Assembly: GCA_038208905.1 (NCBI GenBank)
Contig: JBBQYG010000077.1
Span: forward strand, 1-17,329
Direction of reading: 5' to 3'
DNA length: 17,329 nucleotides
Source of the DNA: Candidatus Sumerlaeia bacterium
GTDB taxonomy: Bacteria > Sumerlaeota > Sumerlaeia > SLMS01
Each line of letters begins with the position of its first letter. The stretch's first letter is position 1. The notes below the pieces were generated by a model that was given only the letters and a program-made list of their open reading frames with translations, was not told where the DNA came from and made no database searches. The position numbers and the translations under genes are program-made. Below are positions 1-7,992 of the stretch, piece after piece.

Positions 1-102
1 TCGCGGAGGGCTTGATGCCGGATATATTTATAGACCGGCTCCGCGCGATGCTGCCGCCGGAGAGCGTGTTGTGCTCGATTGTCCGCGAATTGCAGTGCCC
101 GG

Positions 103-210
103 TGTCGCCCCTTGGGGGCTGGTGGCGTGTGAGGCGGCGCGGTCCCCGGGTTCCGCGCTTGACGGTCGCGCTCCACCCGGGGCTATGCGTGCTTCGTCCC
201 TTCGGGACTA
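103..210. repeat. REP-like composite palindromic element
   Basis: Three palindromic units: GCCCCTTGGGGGC near 107-119, CCCCGGG(144-150)...CCCGGGG(176-182) and GTCCC-TTC-GGGAC (196-208). The layout resembles intergenic REP-type elements of high-GC bacteria. Confidence 0.6.
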
Positions 211-452
211 CGGCGCGGGTTGCGGGTCGACGCGACATCACAATGCGCGACGCGGGCGCGTGCAGACTTTCGGAGCTGCCGTGGGTTCCAACCGACGCCT
301 TGCGTATCTCCTCGGTGAGTCCAGTAAAGAGGTCGCGCGCGCGCTGTCCGTTGCAAACGGACTTCACAATGCGGCGCCCGCCGAGGTCGTGCATCGGTGC
401 TCCGCCAACGCGGCTGGTCGGCGGATTCGGGGACGAGAATGGGAAAAACGCC

Positions 453-1880
453 CTACTCCCCATTCCCCGTTCCCCCTTCAAACCGCCGCGCCATGGGAAG
501 CCTCAGCGTGAAGCAGGCGCCGCGTCCGTTGCGGCCGCGGGCGATGGAGATGGAGCCGCGGTGGGCGAGGGTGATCTGGTAGCAGATCGAGAGGCCCAGG
601 CCGGTGCCTTCGGGCTTGGTGGTGAAGAAGGGATCGAAGACCCGGGCGGCGTGGTCGGCGGGGACGCCGGGGCCGTCGTCCTCGACTTCGAGGAGGGCGA
701 AATCGCCCTGTTGGCGCGTGCGGATGGTGATGTTGCCGGGGCCTTCCAGTGCTTCGCCCGCGTTCATCACAAAGTTGGAGAGGACCTGGTTCAGCGCCTC
801 CGCGTCGGCCATGATGATGGGCTCCGGTGTGGAGGCCTCCAGGTGGAACTTGATGCCGGGAAAGATGACCGCGAGCGAGGCCGCGCGGTCGCGCGCGAGG
901 CCGGCGAGCACCATCGGCGCGAGGCGTATATCCCGCGGACGCGCGAACGCGAGGAACGCGCGCAGGCGTTCGTCCAGGCGTCGCACCTCCGCGCGGAGGA
1001 AGCAGCCCGCTTCCTGGCGCTGCTCCGCGGGACGCGCGGGATTCTCGATGATGTCCAGGCTCGACTGGATGATGGCCAGCGGATTGCGGATCTCGTGGGC
1101 GACGCCGGCGATCAGGCGGCCCAGTGTCGCCAGCTTCTCCGTCTGGCGAAGGCGCTCCTCCAGCAGCTTGCGGTCGTGTACGTCGCGAAGGATGCCGATC
1201 ACATACTCGACCTCTCCTTCGGCGTTCAGCACTGGCGAATACGTCGTCTCGATCCATCGCTCCTGGCCGGCGGAGTTGGTGAGGAGCATCTCCTCGCGCT
1301 GGTGCGCGCGCTCTCCGCCAAAGACCGCCTTGGCCGGACAGAGGGACGTGGCATAGCTCTCGCCCTCCTCCGTGTGGCAGTGGATCACGTCGCTGCATTC
1401 GCAGGCATCGCGCACCACCTCTCGCGGATCGCGACCGGTGATCTCTCCACAGGCGCGGTTGAACAGCGCCACGCGCCGATCCGCATCGATCACAAAGAAG
1501 CCATCGGGGGTGGAGTCCAGAATGCGCTCGAAGCGCTCCACGATGCGCGCGTCGGGCCGTGCCTCCTGAAGCACCAGCGTCGCCCCGCCGCCAGAGGATG
1601 GAATCGCGACCACGCGGAAGGTGCCGCGCCGCCCTTCCGCCAGCGCCAACTCCGCCCGCTCCACCACACATGCCGCACCACCGGCGAGCACGCCCTCCAT
1701 CGCCGCCGCCAACTTTTCCGGCAACCCTGGCCACGGCTCACCGGTGACCAGCGCCACCCCCATCTCCGCCAGCGCGCGATTCGCCGATAGCACGTCGCCC
1801 TCCGTGGAGAGCACGCACACCCCATGACCCAGCAGGTCCAGGGTTTCGATGGGAAGCGCTGTGGCGAGGTTGATGTCCAT
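453..1880 (-). CDS. PAS-domain sensor histidine kinase (NtrB-like HisKA + HATPase_c), cytoplasmic
   Basis: H-box LGRLIAGVAHEIRNPL, N-box LNQVLSNFVMNA, G1 VEDDGPGV, F-box FDPFFTTK, G2 GTGLGLSI. PAS-like segments (ILDSTPDGFFVIDAD...FNRACGEITG; WIETTYSPVLNAEGEVEYVIGILRDV). ATG at 1880 (MDINLAT) preferred over the upstream GTG at 1973. No transmembrane segment is evident. Confidence 0.93.
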   Translation of the reverse strand: MDINLATALPIETLDLLGHGVCVLSTEGDVLSANRALAEMGVALVTGEPWPGLPEKLAAAMEGVLAGGAACVVERAELALAEGRRGTFRVVAIPSSGGGATLVLQEARPDARIVERFERILDSTPDGFFVIDADRRVALFNRACGEITGRDPREVVRDACECSDVIHCHTEEGESYATSLCPAKAVFGGERAHQREEMLLTNSAGQERWIETTYSPVLNAEGEVEYVIGILRDVHDRKLLEERLRQTEKLATLGRLIAGVAHEIRNPLAIIQSSLDIIENPARPAEQRQEAGCFLRAEVRRLDERLRAFLAFARPRDIRLAPMVLAGLARDRAASLAVIFPGIKFHLEASTPEPIIMADAEALNQVLSNFVMNAGEALEGPGNITIRTRQQGDFALLEVEDDGPGVPADHAARVFDPFFTTKPEGTGLGLSICYQITLAHRGSISIARGRNGRGACFTLRLPMARRFEGGTGNGE

Positions 1881-2005
1881 GTGGGGTGTGTAGCTCAACG
1901 GGGTCGGTTCGGCGAGGGGAAAGTAGGGGCGCGCCGAGGCGCCGGAGCTTGACAGGCGCGGCCCCGATGTCACCGTGTGAATCCCGCAACCGTCAAGAGG
2001 CCCCC

Positions 2006-2314
2006 ATGAAGATCAAACTAACTCTCTGACTCGACTCCAAGCTGATCCGCCGGGCCAGAGCCCACGCAGAGAAGAATGGGAAGTCTATTTCCGATGTCGT
2101 GACGGACTACTTTGTAGTTCTGGCGCTTCCGAAGGCCGAGAGCACGGAGGAGCTTTCGCCCATTATGCGCAGCCTTTACGGCGCGCTCGCGGGAGCGGAC
2201 TCGACGAGAATGAGATTTCACAGATACATACATGGGACTTCCCAATACGCCCGCCAGTCTCTCCACATCCGACTTTGCGCCCTCTGTGTTCTCTGTGTTG
2301 AATGCCGTGTTTGA
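2006..2314 (+). pseudogene. DUF6364-like ribbon-helix-helix antitoxin, disrupted
   Basis: AGAGG RBS (1996-2000), then ATG 2006 reading MKIKLTL*LDSKLIRRARAHAEKNGKSISDVVTDYF...ELSPIMRSLYGALAGAD, with in-frame TGA at 2027-2029. Similarity decays after about 2230; the frame closes at 2314. Confidence 0.75.
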
Positions 2315-2367
2315 GAGTTGAACCGGCTGCGACCGTCTGTAAGATACACCGGCCGCGCCAGTCCCCC

Positions 2368-5300
2368 CTACTTACCTCCCACCACAAACACCGCGCTATC
2401 GAGGTCCAGGCTCAGCTCCTCGAAGTGCTCCATGATTCCGGCGATGCTGGTTTCGTCGAGGCCGTGTTCGGTGTCCACGCGGGCAAAGACTTCGCAGAGG
2501 AGGTCCTCGAATTCGGCGCGGCGGGCGGGGAGGTCGGCCTGAAGCCGCGCGGCGGCGAGTTCCAGGGCGTCCTCGCTGAGACGAGCGATGCGGTCGTCCC
2601 AGCCGCCGGGGATCGCGTCGAGCAGCTTGGGATCGGCGGAGAGATCGGTATCTTCGGCGGAGAACGGCGCGAGGAGCGTTGCGAGCGCGGGGCCCTCGAC
2701 GGGGTTCCCGTGGAGGTCAACGACGATGGTGACCATGCGGGTCGCGAAGAGCGCGGCGCTGCGCGAGAGGAGCGGCGGCTGCACGTCCATCGGCAGCTTG
2801 CGCACGGCGCCAAAGAACTCCGGCGGGATCGACGCGCGAAAGGCGCAGACCAGCGCCGGTTCCCTGATGCCCTTGCGGCGGATGATCGCCGCGCGGTCGG
2901 GGCTGTCGGTCATCGCCGTCCGCGCGAGGGCGCGGATGAACGGGTGGCCGGGGGAGAAGAATTCGAGCCGCTCGTGGCGCACGGCCTCGCGCCGGTCGAA
3001 GTAGCCGACCATCTCACCCCGCACGCCGGGGACGCCGTGAAGGCTGTGGAATTCGCCAACTGTGATGGCCACGCGGCCACGGGACTGTTCGTCCACCATC
3101 GAGTCAAAGAGCCGCGCATAGTCGATGGAGGACTGGCGGAGCGCCTCCAGTTCGGCGCGGTCGTCGAGCTCCTTGGCGATGCGGCGGGCTTCCTCCACGC
3201 CGACGGCGCCGCGGACGAGTAGCTCCGCGTTCTCGCGGTCGCGGGCCTCGACGAGCTGCTCGCTGGTGTCTTCGATGAGCGAGAGCACGCCCGTGGCGCC
3301 CTCCTCCAGGCACGCCTGCATCGCGCGAAGGACGATGCGGTCGAGTTCGCCCTCCACCGGGGCGATCGATTCGTTGAACACGCCCACGCCGTCGCTGAGG
3401 AAATCGAAGAACGCCTCGTCGAGCTGGCCCTTCGCGGCGAGCACGAGGGAGTGGACGTCGAGCTCCTCCTCGCGGCCCACTCGGTCGCATCGGCCGATGC
3501 GCTGCTCCACGATCCACGGCGCCAGCGGCAGGTCGAAATGCACCACATGCGTCGCAAACTGGAAGTTGCGGCCCTCGCCGCCGAGCTCGTCGCTGACGAG
3601 GACGCTTCCGCTGGGGAACTCCTGAAACTCGAAGGCGTTCTTCTCGCGCTCCACGCGGCTCTGAATGCCGGTCATCTCAAACACTTCGGCGATATCGTTG
3701 AGGGCCTTGCGCACGAGAAGCCACAGCGGGTGGACGTTGGACTCGAAACTGGTGAAGACGAGGATGTGGGCGTCGGGCTCCTCCGCCAGCGTCTCCTTGA
3801 GGAACTTGAGAAACGCCTCGTAGCGCGTTGTCCGCGCAAGGGCGCGGCCCGTGGCGTCGAGCGAGCGCGTGGCGCGCGCCCACTTCTCCGCGGCGGCGGC
3901 CATGCGGTCCAGGATCGCGGCCTCGCCGTCGACCAGGGGGAGTTCCTTGAACACGCGCTTGGCAAGGCGGATCGGATCGCCCGTCACGCCGTCGCGCTGC
4001 TCCAGCTCCCCGCGCCGGGCCGCGATCCAGTCGGCGGCGGCAAGGGGCGACGAGTGCGACGCCTGAACCAGCGCGGCGGCGATGCGTTGTATAGACGTAT
4101 CCTCCGACCGGCCATCGGCACCCGCCAGCTTCAGCCACTCGCGCAGCAGTCCGAGAAAGGCGTCCTCCTCCGCGGTCACGCGATAGTCGATGGAATCAAC
4201 AATGCGGAAGGGGAGCGGATTGTCCTGAGCCAGGAACTTGCGCCGATAGCGCAGCATGCGCGCGCCGGGATAGTGCTTGTCCACGATCAGCGCGGCCAGC
4301 CGGTGCAGTTCGTGGCGGCCCTCCGCGTCGGCGATGTGGGCTGCCACCTCGGCGTCGGCGATGCCGGTTTCCTTCCACAGCCGCTCGACGGTTTTCAGGT
4401 TGGGCCGCGCGTCGCGGAGCGCCTTCAGCACGGCCTCGATGCGCCCCTGGCGCTCCTGCTGTTCGCGGAGTTCCTCCGGCGTCGCCATGTCGCCATAGCG
4501 CTCGGGATCGAGAATCTGGAAGAGCTGGAGCAGGTTGCGCGCGTCGTCGCTGACCGGCGTCGCCGTCAGCAGCAGAACGGCGTGGGCCTTGCGGCTCAGG
4601 CGGATCAGCGCCTGCACCAGCGCGGGATCGCGGAGCACGCGGTGGGCCTCGTCCACGACGAGGATCTCGGGCTCATTGCGGATCGAGTAGCCGCGGGCGC
4701 GCTCATGGGGAAGGATCACGCCGGCCTCCGCGTTCACCTCGTCCTCGTTGTCGTCCATCTCCTCGCTCAGGGCGAAGACCGTCTTGCCAAACTTGCCATA
4801 CATCTCGAAGGCCCACTGCGCCGTCAGCGACTCGGGGACAAAGACGGCAGCGGTCCAGTCGGGGAAGTACTTGCGCAGTGTGGAGATGATGAGGCCGGCC
4901 TGGATCGTCTTGCCGAGGCCCACCTCGTCGGCCAGGAGGAAGCGCACGCGGCCAAACTGAAGCGCATAGCGCGCGGCGTTGATCTGGTGGGGGATCGGCA
5001 GCATCCGCGCGCCGTTGTATCCCACGATGCCCAGGCTCTTGGCGGTCGCGTCGAAGAACGTCTTCAGCAGGCGCGACCGCGCGGAGACAAGCCGCCACGG
5101 CGCCAGGTCGAACTGCCCCAGCATGTCGGCGGGGTCGGCGGCGAGGGAGCCCTCGTGTATAGACAGCTCGAACTCCGCCACCGTGCTCGTCTCGTCGTCC
5201 ACCTCGATCTCGTACACATAGAGATCGGCGGAGAGCGGATTCGTCGTGCGGATGACGCGGGCAAGGCGGTCGTTGCGCGTCACCTCGTCGGTGGGGCGGA

Positions 5301-5457
5301 TGCGATAGCGGCGCAGGTCGGAAACGGGCGACTGCATCGGCAGCGCGCCCAGGGTGATCGGGTGCAGGTCCACGTGCTGGCCGGCGATGTCGGCCACGCG
5401 ATAGAGCTGGGGTGTGATCTGGCTCTTGGGGAATACGATCATGCCAATCTGTAGCAA
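2368..5457 (-). CDS. rapA: SNF2-family ATPase, RNA polymerase-associated protein RapA/HepA-like
   Basis: LLADEVGLGKT (Walker A), VVDEAH, LLLTATP, GGEGRNFQFATHVVHFDLP, EQRIGRCDRVG, and RapA-like C-terminal FDRREAVRHERLEFFSPGHPFI. TTG start at 5457 with GGAGG at 5469-5473; alternative ATG at 5442. Confidence 0.82.
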   Translation of the reverse strand: MLQIGMIVFPKSQITPQLYRVADIAGQHVDLHPITLGALPMQSPVSDLRRYRIRPTDEVTRNDRLARVIRTTNPLSADLYVYEIEVDDETSTVAEFELSIHEGSLAADPADMLGQFDLAPWRLVSARSRLLKTFFDATAKSLGIVGYNGARMLPIPHQINAARYALQFGRVRFLLADEVGLGKTIQAGLIISTLRKYFPDWTAAVFVPESLTAQWAFEMYGKFGKTVFALSEEMDDNEDEVNAEAGVILPHERARGYSIRNEPEILVVDEAHRVLRDPALVQALIRLSRKAHAVLLLTATPVSDDARNLLQLFQILDPERYGDMATPEELREQQERQGRIEAVLKALRDARPNLKTVERLWKETGIADAEVAAHIADAEGRHELHRLAALIVDKHYPGARMLRYRRKFLAQDNPLPFRIVDSIDYRVTAEEDAFLGLLREWLKLAGADGRSEDTSIQRIAAALVQASHSSPLAAADWIAARRGELEQRDGVTGDPIRLAKRVFKELPLVDGEAAILDRMAAAAEKWARATRSLDATGRALARTTRYEAFLKFLKETLAEEPDAHILVFTSFESNVHPLWLLVRKALNDIAEVFEMTGIQSRVEREKNAFEFQEFPSGSVLVSDELGGEGRNFQFATHVVHFDLPLAPWIVEQRIGRCDRVGREEELDVHSLVLAAKGQLDEAFFDFLSDGVGVFNESIAPVEGELDRIVLRAMQACLEEGATGVLSLIEDTSEQLVEARDRENAELLVRGAVGVEEARRIAKELDDRAELEALRQSSIDYARLFDSMVDEQSRGRVAITVGEFHSLHGVPGVRGEMVGYFDRREAVRHERLEFFSPGHPFIRALARTAMTDSPDRAAIIRRKGIREPALVCAFRASIPPEFFGAVRKLPMDVQPPLLSRSAALFATRMVTIVVDLHGNPVEGPALATLLAPFSAEDTDLSADPKLLDAIPGGWDDRIARLSEDALELAAARLQADLPARRAEFEDLLCEVFARVDTEHGLDETSIAGIMEHFEELSLDLDSAVFVVGGK

Positions 5458-5463
5458 GGCGGG

Positions 5464-7398
5464 TCAGTCCTCCGGGGGTTTGCGAAGCGTGGGCTTGCGG
5501 TCGATCAGGCGGCCGCGGCGGGCCGTTAGGCCTTTGTAGTCATAGGTGCGCAAGTGGCGCGAGGAATGCTCCACCCGCGATTTGTTCTCATGGTGCAGTG
5601 CGGAAAGCAACCGGTTGGCGGCCTCTCCGGAGACCTCGTGCTCGTCGATCATGCGCAGCAGCGCCTGGGCCAGGGTCTTCTGGTGCCGCTCGTGCAGGCG
5701 GCGGAGGAGCTGCGTCGCGCTCGCCTCGGCGTCCTCCCCGATGGAGGTATCCCACGCCAGGATACCGTTCACGATCACGCGGTCGCCGGGATACTCGCCG
5801 CCCAGGTCCATCTCGTCCAGCAGCGTCTCCGCATAGCCGGGATGGTCGTAGAAGTGAAAGATCCACGGAGCCAGCCGCCGGTCGGTGATCCAGTCATACT
5901 GCAATTGCGACCGCACGATTCCCAGCGCGGCGGCGGATTCCAGCATCAGCTTCAACAGGCCGCGTTCCATGCCGTCCAGCGGTGGCGGCGCGCCGTCGGG
6001 ACGCGACTCCTCGTCCGGCACAAACAGCGGACGCTCCGGCGCCGCGCTGCCGCCGCGCATCTGCTCCTCGCGCTTTTCCGTCTCGGCCTTCTTGCGCGTC
6101 AGGATGCTGAGGAGCGCCTCCCTCGGCAGCCCCGGGAGCTTCTTCAGCATCCGCGCCACGGCCATTTCGCGCATCACCTCGTTGCGCATCGCGTTGACGA
6201 TGGGGGCCAGCCGCTCGACCAGTTCCGCCTGCCCCGCCAGCGTCTCGATGTCGAGCGTCGCCGCGTGGGCGCCCATCGCGAAGTCGAAGAATTCGCGCGC
6301 GTCGTCCATCATCGGCCGCAGCGCCGCCGCCCCTTCGCGCCTCAGGAACGTGTCGGGATCGTCCTCCGGCGACAGCGTGATCGTCCGCGTGTCCAGCCCC
6401 GCCGCCAGCAACGACTCCCCCCCGCGCAGCATCGCCTTCTGCCCCGCCGAGTCGCCGTCGTACAGGAAGAACGCCTTCGAGGCGAAGCGCTTCAGCAGCT
6501 TCGCCTGAGACGGCGTCAGCGCGGTGCCAAGGCTGGCCACCGCCTGCTCGTATCCATAGGCGTGGGCCATGATCACGTCCATGTAGCCCTCGCACAAAAT
6601 CGCATAGCCCGACTTCTCGATGGAGGGCCGCGCCAGGTTCAGCGCATAGAGCATATTGCTCTTGCGATAGAGAACCGTCTCCGCCGAGTTGAGGTACTTC
6701 GGCGAGTTCTCGTCCTTCGTCAACTGGCGCCCGCCGAACCCACACACGCGCCCGTTCTGGTCAAAGATCGGAAAGATCAGCCTGTTGCGGAAGCGGTCAT
6801 ACACGCCCCCGCGCTCGCTCTTCACACACAGGCCCGCCTCCACCAAGAGCCCGTCCGAAAATCCCGCCCGGTTCATGTGCTGGCGAAGCGTGTCCCACCC
6901 CTCCAGCGCGGCGCCGAGCTGGAACTTTTCGCTCAGCTCCTCCGTGATGCCGCGCTCCGGCAGATAGTCCGAGGCCATCCGATTGCGCCCCTCCAGCAGG
7001 ATGCCGCGATAGAAGGCCAGCGCCTCCTCGTTGGCCGCCTGCGCCGCCTGGCGCAGCTTCGCCTCCGCGTCGCGCTCCGGACCGTCCTTGGGGTCGAAAC
7101 GCCGCGTCGGCATCTCGATCCCCACTTCCTTGCAGAGCTTCTCCACGGCCTCGATGAATTCGAGCCGCTCGTGGGCCATCACAAAGTCGATCGCGTTCCC
7201 TCCCGCGCCGCACCCGAAGCAGTGATACCGCCCCCGCGCCGGCAACACGTTGAAGCTCGGCGTCTTCTCCGCGTGAAACGGGCAACACGCCTTGAACGAC
7301 GCGCCCAGCCGCTTCAGCGGCACCACGCGCCCAATGATCTCCACGATGTCGGCCCGCTCCTTGATGAGCCTGACCGCTTCCCGCAACTCGTTGCCCAT
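5464..7398 (-). CDS. dnaG: DNA primase
   Basis: CHC2 zinc finger CPFHAEKTPSF...YHCFGCG, YDRFRNRLIFPI, SPKYLNSAET, TOPRIM EGYMDV and YDGDSAG, DPDTF. Confidence 0.97.
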   Translation of the reverse strand: MGNELREAVRLIKERADIVEIIGRVVPLKRLGASFKACCPFHAEKTPSFNVLPARGRYHCFGCGAGGNAIDFVMAHERLEFIEAVEKLCKEVGIEMPTRRFDPKDGPERDAEAKLRQAAQAANEEALAFYRGILLEGRNRMASDYLPERGITEELSEKFQLGAALEGWDTLRQHMNRAGFSDGLLVEAGLCVKSERGGVYDRFRNRLIFPIFDQNGRVCGFGGRQLTKDENSPKYLNSAETVLYRKSNMLYALNLARPSIEKSGYAILCEGYMDVIMAHAYGYEQAVASLGTALTPSQAKLLKRFASKAFFLYDGDSAGQKAMLRGGESLLAAGLDTRTITLSPEDDPDTFLRREGAAALRPMMDDAREFFDFAMGAHAATLDIETLAGQAELVERLAPIVNAMRNEVMREMAVARMLKKLPGLPREALLSILTRKKAETEKREEQMRGGSAAPERPLFVPDEESRPDGAPPPLDGMERGLLKLMLESAAALGIVRSQLQYDWITDRRLAPWIFHFYDHPGYAETLLDEMDLGGEYPGDRVIVNGILAWDTSIGEDAEASATQLLRRLHERHQKTLAQALLRMIDEHEVSGEAANRLLSALHHENKSRVEHSSRHLRTYDYKGLTARRGRLIDRKPTLRKPPED

Positions 7399-7614
7399 GA
7401 CTCAAAAAGCCCCCGTTCAATGCGGCGAGACGGTGGCGCGGCGGGCGCCGGTTGGCAAGGGAAGCGGTTCGAAGGGCCGGCAGCCGTCACGCACATCGCC
7501 CGCCTGTGCGAAACCTCCAACAATTCACACGCCAGCAGGCGCCCAACGCTCAAGGATTGCACCCACGAAACCACCCCGCCACCCCCGACCCGCCAAAACC
7601 GCCGACCTTTCGTG

Positions 7615-7645
7615 TTGACTTCACCCCCCGCCCCCCCGGTACTCC
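7615..7645 (+). promoter_or_regulatory. putative sigma70 promoter for tRNA-Ser
   Basis: -35 TTGACT (7615-7620), 17-nt spacer, then a weak -10-like GGTACT (7638-7643) just upstream of the tRNA 5' end at 7658. Confidence 0.45.
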
Positions 7646-7657
7646 TCCCTGCCTTGC

Positions 7658-7753
<96 letters not shown>

Positions 7754-7992
7754 CCTTCATAACCCTTGAAACAACTGACTTAGGCTCGACATTCGTGGGC
7801 AATTTCGGTTTCCCGCGGACTCCTGCGTGTCCGAATTGCTCGCAGGCAGCCGAGCACGGAACCGTGGCCGGGGATTGCCCCATTCCTGCGGGGGTGGTGG
7901 CCGCCCGGCATCACCTGCCGACGCGACTAACCCTTGTTCCATCCCCCTTGGTCTGATTCGATGTCTCTCATACCACTTAGGAGATCCCCACG

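Noticed and set aside
12..1790. 592-aa plus-strand ORF
   Set aside because: Antisense shadow of the kinase extended through repeat DNA; no recognisable motifs.
1949..1977. TTGACA -35 box upstream of the antitoxin pseudogene
   Set aside because: No convincing -10 element at 16-18 nt spacing, so it was not called as a promoter.
2027..2029. In-frame TGA as selenocysteine or a recoded codon
   Set aside because: The position most likely corresponds to Arg (CGA>TGA), further decay occurs downstream, and TGA is a normal stop for dnaG, lpdA and hscA here.
2368..5457. SNF2 ATPase as part of a defence system (DISARM DrmD/Zorya-like)
   Set aside because: No methylase, nuclease or other defence genes are adjacent; the motifs and C-terminus match RapA.
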